From Antedon mediterranea (taxonomy: Eukaryota > Animalia > Echinodermata): a stretch of DNA of 64,000 nt. The notes beneath the pieces were generated by a model, which saw nothing but the letters and a program-made list of their open reading frames with translations, was not told the DNA's origin and did not search any database. Within the stretch, counting starts at the first letter, position 1, and each line of letters opens with the position of its first letter. The translations under genes were made by a program, and so were the position numbers. Positions 36,743-49,936 of the stretch are shown here, piece after piece. The stretch is from assembly GCF_964355755.1 (NCBI RefSeq), contig NC_092673.1:17977648-18041647 (forward strand), written 5' to 3'.

Positions 36743-39700
36743 ATATTAACCGAGGAAGCATACAAAAAGAAGATACAATCAAAATACCACTTGGAAAACA
36801 ATAAATTGTAGAATAACTGAGGCTTGATTGTTGAAATATAAAGGGTTCTTTGTAAGGTCATTAATAATATATTGATATAAACACGATCATCATACTTTTC
36901 ATTTGACATTCAAATACAGTCTATCTCGAAAAGAAGCTCATACTATCACCTTTTCTAGGTTTTACGGTATTCCATAACATGTATGTTATTTCCTCTGTCA
37001 AACTATTAAAACTTTTAGCGAATCAGAAGGTGCCAACATCATTGAACTAATGGTACCACCAAGCACAATGTTTACCAATTTTATGTACTATATACAATTT
37101 AAGTCCATTAATAATTTAATATAATTAATCAGGTCAAAGTTCAAAGACCAACAAAAACCACATACAGTATATTCACCTAATTAAAAATCAATAAATAAAT
37201 GTCAAAGGTCATAAATTGTATTTCCGGTCATTTTATGTGAAAATGTCTCATTACTACGAATATAAATGTATTTATTCTGAACAAAATGACACCAAAATCG
37301 ATTGAAAATGACCAGTAGTTACAGAGATATACAAATACGAGGTCAAAGGTCAAACTGAAAGAAACGTCATTTCCGGTCATTTTTGGACGAAAATTTTCAT
37401 TAGAGCAAATAGAAATATATAGTTTGTGAACAATTTGAGACCATAATTAAGTCTCTCATGTGTATAGTTGCCAAGATATGAACATTTTTTGTTTTTATGG
37501 TGGCCATTTTGAAATCAAGATGGCCGCCATATCGGACGTTGGACGCTTGGCACCCCCCGATATTTTGAATCTAAATACATTAAAGAAACTTTGTGCCAAG
37601 TTTCATGCTTTGGTAATAAAATGCACAGCTCATGTCATTAACTGCTCTACTAACAATCATATGTTTGCCAGAGTTAGAGATACGCTGCGAACAAAATTCG
37701 TGGAAAGAAAGAAGAACATAGAAAAAAAAAAAAAAAAAAAAAAAGAAAAACTAGATTTGAACTCGTCACTACGGACGAGTTAGGTTATCCGCATCGCAAA
37801 ACCCATGCGCATTACACCTAAGTTAGAATATTGCGCGCAGAAAAACGATTATGCCATTGAAAAAATGTTAGTGAGCCCTCTATTTTGTGTCGCGTCTAAG
37901 TGTGTACGGTATACACTATATACTGTATACGTACTACATACAGTGCAGAATAGGTGAAAATAAGTGACCAAAGTTATTGACGCATTTGAACATGATGACG
38001 TCATCACAACTTTAAAAATGGTGAATCATGCGAAAGATAATTGATTGATCTAGACAATATAAAAAAATTGAGTGAAATGGAATAAGGATAAGTAGAGATG
38101 CGCTCTAATAAATTGACGAGCTATGACGAAAGAGAAAAAAATCCTATATTTTTTATTCGGGTGGCCATACGATGACATCACAATGTCCAGTTAGCCATAT
38201 CAATGCATGATTCGAGAAAAACAACTCATCCACTTCCAGAATATGTAATTTTAAAAAAGTTCACCACGTAGTTTAGAATTTATGACTGTTTAAAAAAAGG
38301 TCTAATTTTGACGATTTTTTGAAGTTTTTCATCAAAAACACGCGCAAATTATCCAATTCTACGTGCTCGTGTGACGTGATTTTAAGTCGAAATTGATTGA
38401 AAGTTGGTAAAATTACTAAAGAAGGCTGAAAAAACAAAAATCTAGCAAAAAAAAGATGTTTTTGCGCTACGTGCGCACGCGCGCGTAAAAATATTGCGCA
38501 CGCGTGGGAATTTTTGAAATGCTCAAAATGACATGAAACGCGTAGAAAGTTGATTAGAAATGAATTTTGCGCATTTTGAAAATTTAAACGCGCGTGCGCG
38601 CGTTACTTTATTAGAAACATGCCATTTTTAATCCATAGAAAGTTTGCGCATGATATAATTTAAATTTTCACCAAGTTTCAATATAAAATGACTTTTGGTT
38701 TTTAATTTATGATCAATCATTGAAATTCATAAAATCGCGCGTAACTTACGCTGCGCGACTCGAAATTCATAAAAAAAAGTTTCTTGCACATCTACAGCAA
38801 CAGGGCAATCTTATGACAAAGTTATAGAATCTGATGTTAGCTAGAATTAGAGATACGCTGCGAACAAAAATCGTGGAAAGAAAGAAGAATAAAGAAAAAA
38901 AAAACTAGATTTGAACTCGTCACTTCGGACGAGTTAGGTTATCCGCAGCGCAAAAGCCACGTGCACGTCATACGTTAGAATATTGCGCGCAGAAAAACGA
39001 TTACGCCATTGAAAAAATGTTAGTGCGTTCTCTACTTTGCGTCACGTCTAAGTGTATACGGTATACGCTATATACTGTATACGTACTACATACAGTGCAG
39101 AATAGGTGAAAAGAAGTGACCAAAGTTATTGACGCTTTTGAACATGATGACGTAATAACAATTAAAAAAATTATAAATCATGCGAAAGATAATTGATTGA
39201 CCTAGACAAAATAAAAAATTTGAGGGAAATGGAATACGCATAAGTGGAGATGCGCTCTATTAAATGTGACGAGCTATGACGAAAGAGACAAAAATCCTAT
39301 ATTTAATATTCGAGTGGCCAAACGATGATGTCACAATGTCCGGTTAGCCATATTGATGCATGATTCGAGAAAAACAACTCATCTACTTCCAGAATGTGTA
39401 ATTTTAAAAAAGTTCACCACGTAGTTTAGAATTTATGACTGTTTAAAAAAAGGTCTAATTTTGACAAATTTTTGAAGTTTTTCATCAAAAACGGGCGCAA
39501 ATTATCCAATTCTACGTGCTCGTGTGACGTGATTTTAAGTCGAAATTGATTGAAAATTGATAAATTGACTAGAAAAGGCTGAAAAAACAAAAATCAAGCA
39601 AAAAAAATATGTTTTTGCGCTACGTGCGCACGCGCGCGTAAAAAAATTGCGCACGCGTGGGAATTTTTGAAATGCTCAAAATGACATGAAACGCGTAGAA

Positions 39701-40047
39701 AGTTGATTAGAAATTGATTTTTCGTATTTTGAAATTTTAAACGCACGTGTGCGCGTAACTTTCTGTAAAACATTCCATTTTCTCTCCATAGAAAGTTAGC
39801 GCATGATATGACTTAAATTTGCACCAAGTTTCAATAGAAAATGACTTTTAGTTTTTAATCTATGATCAATCATTGAAATTCATAAAATCGCACGTAACTT
39901 ACGCTGCGCATCTCCGAAATCGTCCAAAAGCTTGGCTGCACATCTACAGCAATAGGTCAATCTTATGACAAAGTTACTCAATCTTATGTTAGCCAGAAGA
40001 TAGAGATATGCTGCGGACAAAATTCGTGGAAAGAAAGAAGAACATAG

Positions 40048-40078
<31 letters not shown>

Positions 40079-42469
40079 TCCTGACAATAACAAGGGGTTA
40101 TCCGCCAAGTGCGGATAACCAAAAAAAAAAAAAAAAAAAGATCCTGACAATAACAAGGGGTTATCCGCCAAGTGCGGATAACCAAAAAAAAGATCCTGAC
40201 AATAACAAGAGGTTATCCGCCAAGTGCGGATAACCAATAAAAAAGGTTTAATGTTTTATATCATTGAGGAGTTTTTTAAAACTTATTTTACGTCTTTTAT
40301 ATGTATGGAATCGTCTTTCAGCGTCGCGTGTCCAAAACGTTCATAATGTTTTATACATAGCATATTTTCTTATATATTATCTTATCCATTGTATAGTATT
40401 GTATGTTTTTAACTGTTGTTATTTTTATTGTAATTTGAACCTTGGAAGGCAAATTTCATTTACTGTGTATTTGACAATAAATTTTAACTTAACTTAACTT
40501 AACTTAACGTTTTGTGTGAAAACTTTCAATTAACACGCTTCGCTGCTTCGACGCCCTCTATAGTTTTGCTTTGCCAGTTAACTTCCCTATATTTGCATTG
40601 CGGGAGAACATACGTGCCTAGTAGCTAGACATAATTTCTGTCATGAGACTGGGTCAGGACTAGGCTATGGGCTTAGCTAGGCTAATCCTGATTTTTACAC
40701 CAGGCCTAGGCCTTCTAGGCGGGCTGGGCCTGGTCATAATTAGTAATAAATGAATCATTTAATCTAATAAATTCACCCAATAGATCTATGATTCCTTCAG
40801 TGCATTCATTAAACGCCATATTTACTCTGATTTCTCTCTCGAAGGGACGGACGGGACATTCTAGCCACGCCTCATCTCCTCTCTGATTCAAGATTCAATT
40901 TAATTTGTCAATTAAAATGGAAATAATATGAGTACATTAAAATGTATATTAATAAAAGTATTACTATAAACACTATTTATATTATTTAAAACAATCAATA
41001 TATTAAAAACAGACTTGAATTGACCCAAATATTTAGTGTCCGAACCCCCTCTTGACAGATCCTTGCTACGGCCCTGAGATTTGTGATAGTATGTGTACGA
41101 CAAGTATCTGTCATCTATTATCAGATATCAATTGTCTGGTCAAATTGTCAACTAGATGCTGTCTTATGATTACCTCATCCTTTGGAAGAAACATAAAGTT
41201 GTGAACAACATAAATACACATTTTATATGTCAAGTAGGATAATTGTAGGTGCTGTATCATGGCTACTGTACATCTGAATTCAGTTTCCAGTTTCACCGTC
41301 AAAAATACTTTTTCTTTTTTGTTTTTATTGACATTAATTTATTATGCCTTAAAAGTTTAATTTGTTATTTTGAATATTAGTATTTCTAATCTACAGTATA
41401 CTACAAAGAATTGTGTTGTTTTTTGTGTGTTAGATTGTGCACATAAGGCGTGTGTATTGTTACCTCACAAAATAAAACTGATAAGAAATTTAATTTCATT
41501 ATGCAATTATTTTATCTTAATTAGTCAGTAAAACATTTTTTCATGGCTTAGACTTAGAGCACTCTTCATACTCATGAAGATTTGGATGTATAAGTTTCAT
41601 CTGATTAACAAATTGTAACATGCATTGATAGTTGACAAACATTTTGTGGTTTTAATAAATGAAATAATTTATTATATTATAATATAGGGTAAATTACACA
41701 GAAAAAAGTCATGTGATGATGTGCGTTTGCCTAGCCTTGTTGAAGGTGCAATTTCACCTTGACTTGAAACCCCAGGGCAATTTTTAGTCATTGTTATCTT
41801 TCAGGTTTTAGACACGCAAGTGATTATTAATTTCAATAGACCATATCATAAAAACCCATCAAAAACTGTGTTTGTGAGTTGTATCTTTTATTTTCCTTTG
41901 AATAGGCTGACATGCAAGACTGATTAGGAAGCATAGTTGGTACTGTGTATAACAATAAATACCTTGTAGGCTGTTAGCGTCCTTTGATGTAGAGCTGTAC
42001 AATCCCATTGCTGGACCAGTGGATGGAGGATTCTTTTCCAGACAAATGACATCATTTTATGGTTACCTACTGCACATTATTTATCAATTCATTAGTGTGA
42101 CTGTGAGTATTTTTTTCATTTCATTATAGTAATTTGATTTTTAAGCTAGTAGAGCTCTTTGTATGAAGGTTTAAACATGGAGCTATAAGTAATAGCTCCA
42201 TCAGTGGTTTAAAGCTAGTCAGTAATAATACAACACAATGGTTCATTCCACAAACAGTAGCCAAAACATATTTTGGTTTAGAATCCAGCAGAAATATGAG
42301 TGTGAGAATAAATGCTTATTAATTCTTTTTATTGTGGTTTTCTGTCTTTAAATTAACTTATGATTGCCATGTTTATACTGAGACTATCTTACCTATTAAA
42401 CAAACAATATTATTTATGTAATTATAGAATCAGGGACGTTTCCGATCAATCATTAAAGGAAACAATTAA

Positions 42470-42873
42470 AGGACAACTTGACCGAGCACCAAATTTTAAC
42501 AACGTATTAGGGATGTACATATGATTTCAGAACCATCGCGAGATTAAGGATATCGCCGCACGTGCTCGTCATATAGCCGTAAATTGCTATGATGTCACAG
42601 GTGCATCGCAACATTTACGTCATGAGTTTTCTGCCAAAGTCTGGCAAATCACGAACATTTTTAGTAAACACACTTTGTAAATAAATCGTAAAAAATATAA
42701 ATGTTAATATTTTTTATTGTTTCTTTTGCTTATCTGAACTCTAATCACAGAAATTTACGGCGACGGCTGTACGGCGAACGCGTGCGGCGATATCCTTAAT
42801 CTCGCGATGGTTCTGAAATCATACGTACATCCCTAATACGTTGTAAAAATATGGTCCTCGGTCAAGTTGTCCT
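42470..42873. mobile_element. Kolobok-like MITE with ~95-bp TIRs
   Basis: TTAA|AGGACAACTTGACCGAG ... CTCGGTCAAGTTGTCCT|TCAA. Confidence 0.7.
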
Positions 42874-43409
42874 TCAAATAGTTTTTTCCTCCATAGTCCA
42901 ACTTTCTATTCATTTGCTGTTGTTGTGTTCTTCATCTTGAGTACTGATATTCATAAATAAACAATACCAAATTGCAACCAATCTTATTGTATTGTCGTTA
43001 CTTCTGGTGTGTGCTAACTATTAGGAATCTATATCAGGGTCATTTGATGGTAAAATAAAGTCTCTACAGACGTTTTAGTCACATTGTGTATGCAAACATT
43101 GAGAAATGGGGTCGAGGGTCAAATGTTGTACTTCCGGTCATTTTTTTCGTAAAATGTTTTATTAGAGCAAATATAAATATATACATTTTGAATAAATCAG
43201 TGGAAAAATCAACTCTCTTGGACTTGTAGTTTTTGAGATACTGTATGATAACCCTGTAATTTCACCCTAATTTGCATATTTAAGCTAATTTGCATATCAT
43301 CGGGATGAGTGACAGAGGTGTGATGCTCAAATTTTGATCTCCTCATCACATGTGACCATTTAAAAAAGAAAATCTCTGTTTGCAATTTGTTTCACTCAAA
43401 ATTGACTAG

Positions 43410-43678
43410 CCTAATCCCATCACTCACTACACAGCCAATCCCATCACTCACTGCACAGCCGATCCCATCACTCACTGCACAGCCAATCCCATCACTCACT
43501 GCACAGCCAATCTCATCACTCACTGCACAGCCAATTCCATCACTCACTGCACAGCCAATCCCATCACTCACTGCACAGCCGATCCCATCACTCACTGCAC
43601 AGCCAATCCCATCACTCACTACACAGCCAATCCCATCACTCACTGCACAGCCAATCCGATCACTCACTGCACAGCCAA
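43410..43678. repeat. 24-bp minisatellite
   Basis: CCAATCCCATCACTCACTGCACAG, about 11 copies. Confidence 0.95.
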
Positions 43679-45435
43679 CCACTATTCTTTCCAAACATGG
43701 TCAATTCTCCTCTACAGTATTAGTTTTGTGTGTGATTTGTATTTACTTCTAGGTTGGTCCTCATTTTATGCTTTGTCTTATTTGTATGGCATTTGATGGA
43801 ATAAATGTTTGTTGAATTGAATTGAAGTCCTGGGTGAGCTATTGCACCATTGGTGACCTCTAAAACTTTGGGTACAGTAACTCACTGACAGACTATAGTA
43901 ATCTACAGTTTAAATTCTGCAGACACTGAAGTTTGGACTGAAATATTGGAATCTAACAATGAGTAATCTAACCAGGCAGTTTTCTTGGGTGGTTTATAAG
44001 TTGTATTAAAGTCCAGTAATTGTTGTTACAAATAACTACATATCAATATCAATCCATGTGTTATTACAACATAGAAAGAATGTTGTAAACATTTTAAAAT
44101 AAAGATTATAGATCCAATATGTGCTTCTACATGTTCACAAGTATTCCTTACATCATTGACAAACAATTTAATCATTATCATCGTCAAATTGACCTTTCAC
44201 CTGCATTTAGATTAATATTTTTTCAAATTTTAATTTTTCCTTTTCTCTTCATGTCAAGCAATTTCAGTTGTAATAAACTGCTGTGTGTTCTATTTATTAT
44301 CTTTGTTTAACATTAGAATACAATGTTAATATTAAATCTATGGTAAAGATTATCTATAAACAATTGTATAACAGGAACTCAATAAAACAAAACAAACTAA
44401 TCAATTAATTTTTTTTAATAACAATTTTTACCCAGGATTTCTGTATAAATGTTATAATGAACTTTGACTTGTATTAATTGAGAATACCTGTTTTTAATCC
44501 CACTATCAGAAAGGATTACATAATTGCAGCCAATAAAAATCTAATTCAAACCAAATTAATAATAATATGTCTCAGAACTTACTTACAGTAGACAGATTAA
44601 TTAACAATTGCAAAATGATGTTTTAAGCATTTTATAGCAATTATTTATAATAAAAACTAGATTTGAACTTGTCATGGTAATGAGTTAGGCTATTGCACAA
44701 CGCATTGTAACACACACATACTATTATGTGCAATTGTACGAACAGCATAGCCGTAGGCCTAATCCATTTCAGTCGATCAAAGGGGTATTTCTACCGTTCA
44801 ACAAGCGTCAAAATTTGACCGTAATAGCATTGTAAACAGTTTAGTTGATGGTTAGTTTTTATTTTACGCAACTCGCGTTTATTTAAACATTTGAATATGA
44901 TGACTTTTTCAAAATGAAAAATAAATTCATATGTCTGAAAGATACTTGTTTGAGTAAATTGGAAGAAAACTGATAAAAATTAAGTAAGGCAATAAGATGA
45001 TGTAGCTGCTCACAATTAAAATAGTGAGATAGATAGTAGTTTTTGTTTCATTATGCAATGATAAATAAAAAAATAAAATTAATGTGAAGTAGGATTGCCC
45101 TTCCCATGGATTTATTTTTTCCTTCTTGATATAACTTACCAATAATTAACCAGTTTATAGGCCAATAAATAATATTATAAATACTATTATCACAATATAA
45201 AATGGCATAGTAGGCCTCTACTAACCAAACAGAGTCTCCCTAATTAGCCTTTAGTGAAAATTGTTTTTTATACCTAAACAATTCCTTCAAAATACACATT
45301 ATTATCCTAAAGCACAAATTATTATTAATTTGCACTTTTTTTTTATAAAGCTAACATTATTGTTATTGGTAATTTGTGCATCGTTATTTTACAGTGGCAA
45401 TTCTACATGTTATCCTATTTCTTATAGAATTACTT

Positions 45436-45887
45436 TACATTTACCTACTCAATGTGCAAGGTGTCCTTTAAATTGAGTAAATGGCTCAGCTCAGAGATAT
45501 ATAAAGAGTTACAACATTGAATGATTACATTTACCTACTCAACGTGCAAGGTGTCCTTTAAATTGAGTAAATGGCTCAGCCCAGAGATATATAAAGAGTT
45601 ACAACATTGAATGATTACATTTACCTACTCAATGTGCAAGATGTCCTTTAAATTGAGTAAATGGCTCAGCCCAGAGATATATAAAGAGTTACAACATTGA
45701 ATGATTACATTTACCTACTCAATGTGCAAGGTGTCCTTTAAATTGAGTAAATGGCTCAGCCCAGAGATATATAAAGAGTTACAACATTGAATGATTACAT
45801 TTACCTACTCAATGTGCAAGATGTCCTTTAAATTGAGTAAATGGCTCAGCCCAGAGATATATAAAGAGTTACAACATTGAATGATTA
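45436..45887. repeat. 90-bp tandem repeat, five copies
   Basis: TTACCTACTC recurs at 45441, 45531, 45621, 45711 and 45801. Confidence 0.97.
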
Positions 45888-46187
45888 GAAGCCATTTTTG
45901 TGTCAAAGAATTTGCACGCTCCATGCGCACTTGTTTATTTTGTATAGCGTTTTCCTGTAGTTCATGCATTATTTTTAGATCTATGAAATAATGCTTAGAT
46001 TCCGTTTTTATTTTAGTAATTTATTTTATTAATGGTCTTAATTCGGTAGCCTATATGTATTTTTTATAATGAACAAAAAAAAAAATGCTACATGCAAGTT
46101 GGGATAAATCAAGTCATATAACACACATATTCATCCCTCTTTATGGCTCTGTGTTTGTAACACAAACTGCTCCACCAACTTTATTAA

Positions 46188-46723
46188 AGATGTATTGTCC
46201 CTTGAAACACAAAAAAATGAAGGTCAAAATATTCTAAATTTAAATTGGCCATATCAAAGTAATATTAAAGTTATACACTTTAAGTCGAAAATTTTAGCCA
46301 AAAACAACAATTTTGCGTAATTAACAGGTAAATTAATTTGATTACATTACGTCTGGAAAATCGTCGCGAGCAAAAGATAAACAAAGATTTCAAACCATTA
46401 TGCATGATGCTAATTAGGATTGTTTACAACTCATCACGGTTGAGAAGGTGTTCTCACACAGATCGCGAGGAAGTTTATGATTATGCATACAGAGTAGCCA
46501 GACATGCGCGTTGCATTATAAGATGTGTTTTGATGGAAAACTTTGACTGGAAGTCAAAGTTATTTTTTGAACAAAAAAACGTCTGTGTTTCAGTTAAATG
46601 ATTTTTTTCCTGACTAATTTTGGTGAACGTTAATAACTATTATGATACTTCAAAATGACCCACTTTTTTTGGAAATCTTTTTTTTAATATTTTTTTGGAA
46701 TTGGTCTAAGGGACAATACATCT
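46188..46723. mobile_element. Kolobok-like MITE
   Basis: TTAA|AGATGTATTGTCCC ... GGGACAATACATCT|TTAA. Confidence 0.75.
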
Positions 46724-46753
46724 TTAAATTTCAGAGACTCGTTCATCATTTCA

Positions 46754-48053
46754 TCTATATATAAATTTACGTAAGGGCAAAATTCGGTAAATCGCGCCTT
46801 ACTTCTAGAATTTTTACTCGATGGTATATAAAGTTGGTTCGTACTTTCGGTACTGATTTTAACCACCTGATGTAACCCTGTTTACTAATTAAATTAAGTT
46901 AGATAATAAGTTATTGACGGTTAAAACGAATTTAGGTTCCAAGATTTGCCCCAAATAGGGGTGTTTTCCGACCGTGGTATACACTGTATAATGGATGTCC
47001 GTCTTGAAAAATACCCGCCACAAAAATGCGAGGAGGCTTCGCATTTTCCTATCTCCTCCTACGATAATTGTTTTTAATATCTGAAAACCGGTTGAACAGC
47101 TAGAGTACACCATCATAATGTTGAAGACAGGCCGATTTTCTTTAAAAAATACTATTTTGATAGATTTAATATACGATTATACAAATCTATTGATTTGCGA
47201 TGAATGGAACATCCCAATCTCTCAGTCTGCCAGAGTTTGGTTTAACACAAGTACTGTAGGTAAATTTATGAGCCCTTGGTTTAACACATACGGTAGGTAA
47301 ATATATGGGCCCTTTGAGAATAAACTTGCGAGATTGTGGATAGGCTCTACTGTTAGATATATAAACACATTATTATATACAAATAAACTTTATACTGACA
47401 GTTCTTTCTCAACGTTTGTACCAAATATAAACGTCGTAGTGGTGTATCGTGACATGGTACTTTAATATTTCAATCGATTATTACAGTGACAGTTTTAACT
47501 AAACTAAATAAAGAATGTTCTCTAATATAATTAGGAATCTCTTGCCATACACGGGGAAAATTAGTGTACAATGAATATTTAAAATAAATAAATAAAATAA
47601 AAAAAGTATTAAATCGCAAATGTTTTACTGTATTTAGAGGTATATTATTTATAGGCCTATAAAACATGAAAAAAATATTTCGTTACTGAGTGGATAAAGA
47701 ATATATTTAAAAATTGTTCCTCTTTGTACCTATCCGCTTTCCCATCCCTCAACCCTAATGTTACATACAAAACACAAATTGGGTTTCTTTAAATGAGTTC
47801 AAATCAAAAACTTGGACTCATTTTGTGATAAGTTTCTCCTTCGGAAGTAATTCCCAGGGTGCTAATTTTAGTTGACTACATAAATCATCGTGTCTATTTA
47901 TTCGTTTCTGTAAACGACAATGTATAGGCCTATAGTCCTGCGGTACGTACATTTGAAATCGCCAGTTTTGTTACGCTGAAATTACTGTGTATTCGAGAAC
48001 CATCTGTGGGCACGACCTAGATGGTACGCGAGCGAAGCGAGCGTACCATCTAG
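46754..48053 (+). mobile_element. Non-autonomous canonical Helitron (1.3 kb)
   Basis: 5' TC, 3' CTAG, inserted between A and T with no TSD; 3' hairpin CTAGATGGTACGC...GCGTACCATCTAG; empty site TCA|TTTGTAA in the paralog at 481-490. Confidence 0.9.
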
Positions 48054-48261
48054 TTTGTAATAATTTGCCTTTATTATTTTAATATTGTTTATACCCTTTT
48101 CAGTATATTAACCAATATATCCACGACACTTTATTATTTTATTTAGTCATCAAAGCATGCATTATGAATTAAAAAATATTACATAGTTATGTGATGTTTT
48201 GTTCCAAAATCAATCAATCTTATAATGTACTAGCCCAATTATTCTTTGCCGCAAGTACTTC

Positions 48262-49936
48262 CAGTGTTCTCCCCAGGATTCACATCAAGCGTCACGCTTC
48301 TGTCCCCCTGATTTTTGGTAATTGACACCCTAGATGGCCGGAAATGGTACTATCGCACGTAAAATTCATGCTGAATGACACACCTAGTTTGGTCGGAAAC
48401 GACACTTCATAGTGCACTACCTACTTTTACGCGATAAGACAACAATTTTTCGTTCATTACGAATGTCAGGGGGAAGTCCCCAATTTTAAAAAAGGCCTAC
48501 TCATCAGTAGGACAACTCTGTAGTTGGCCGGAAATGACACTTCATAACGCGCTAGCAAACAGCACGATCGTAGCCTATACCGCTCCATAATCTCTTTGCT
48601 TTTCTTCTTTATACTAACAAAAATATCTTTTTTTAATATTATAATAAACAAAAAATTATTAAATAATATTTATCGCATAATATACAATCTAGGATAATTT
48701 AATTAATTGATATAAAAAAATTTATTAAATAAATAACATCATTTGAATAAAAGAACAAATCACATATCTACACATAATCAAACATCGTATACTCTATCTC
48801 TAACAATTTTTTCAATCTTCTATCGACTAAAGCCGAAGTATAGTCGTTATCTCGGAACCGTTCTATGGTTACCACTAGGTAGGCTTACTTCATCAAAGCT
48901 TCTATGAATGGATGTACTAGTTGGGAGCAGAAAAACTAGTAGACCATACCCAGTACCATTTTTTATTACGATCAATCGGGAAATACCGCTGTTAAACATA
49001 CGCGATAAAAAACATTTTTTTGCGTTCATTACGAACGTCAGGGGGAAGTCCCCAATGACAAAAAAATAGGCCTACTCGTCAGTAGGACAACTCTAGTTGG
49101 CCTGAAATGACACTTAGCGCGCTAGCAAACTGCAGAATCATCGTACTGTAGCCTACTTTTTCCGCCGGTAAACATACCCGATAAGGGGGAAGTTCCCGAT
49201 GAAATACAGCCCGACTAGTCAGTAGGACACCTTTAGTTGGCCGGAAAGGACACTTCATAGCGCGCTAGCAAACAGCAGAACAATCGTAGCCTTCTTGATT
49301 GGAATGCAATGTATTATATGATCGATGCAGCTAGCAAATGAATTGCGCCTTGCAATTTAATCGTTTTTTATGGTGTGTGCGTACGTAACCGACGAAAGAG
49401 TAATTAAATGTTACCAATCCATAGAGAGTCAATTAATTCAGTGTGGTACCGTATTGCAAATATCATTAATATATTTATGTTAATGTAGGCCTACATAACA
49501 TTTTTACAAGAAAAACAATACAATCATTATTTTAACTGAAAACTTTATTTACAATATACAAGTTACCGCATTTTAAACGATTCAGACAACAGCCAATACT
49601 AGAGATCGAAATAGAAACATAGCAGCAACAAAACATGAGTTTACATCTCTCGGTGGCGGCCAATGAAAGTGCGTCTCAGTCGCAGTAACACTTTGTTACG
49701 CAGTCTTGTGTTTCTTGGCTTGTGGTCATGTCACGTGTCTCGTATGCAGTAGGCACTTTATGCATGCCTCAGCTCTAGAAAGTACCTGTTATTAATCTAT
49801 TTTTAGAAAGGTTGTGGTTGATATTTTTAAGCGTCACGGATAAGGTTTTAAGCGTCACAGCCGACCGTAAAGCGTCACGGCAGAGAACCCAAGCGTCACG
49901 ATACGGTGACGCTTCAAGGGCCTGGGGAGAACACTG
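48262..49936. mobile_element. hAT-like non-autonomous element
   Basis: Perfect 16-bp TIRs CAGTGTTCTCCCCAGG / CCTGGGGAGAACACTG; subterminal AGCGTCAC repeats; TSD degenerate. Confidence 0.7.

Larger units (their letters stand above)
33314..37652. mobile_element. Academ-like DNA transposon (defective) nested in the first Helentron unit
   Basis: ~490-bp TIRs starting TAGTAGAGCAGTTAA and ending TTAACTGCTCTACTA; 3-bp TSD ACA, supported by the uninterrupted sister units; transposase remnant inside. Confidence 0.75.
32236..40235 (-). mobile_element. Tandem array of three ~1.15-kb Helentron/Helitron2-type non-autonomous elements
   Basis: Units start on the plus strand ACTAGATTTG-AACTCGTC(n6)GACGAGTT-AGGTTATCCGC at 32236, 37750 and 38904 (hairpin, CTAG end, subterminal repeat); the opposite terminus GGTTATCCGCCAAGTGCGGATAACC occurs three times at 40077-40235; A/T-run junctions, no TSD. 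Confidence 0.75.

Noticed and set aside
34482-36909. Many overlapping ORFs up to 436 aa
   Set aside because: Translations of the 30-bp minisatellite, broken by frequent 1-nt indels.
40077-40235. Three palindromic repeats with spacers, CRISPR-like
   Set aside because: The spacers are poly-A runs and the repeats are Helentron termini.
43387-43752. Repetitive ORFs (PIPSLTAQ)n and (GCAVSDGI)n
   Set aside because: Translation of a 24-bp minisatellite with non-ATG starts.
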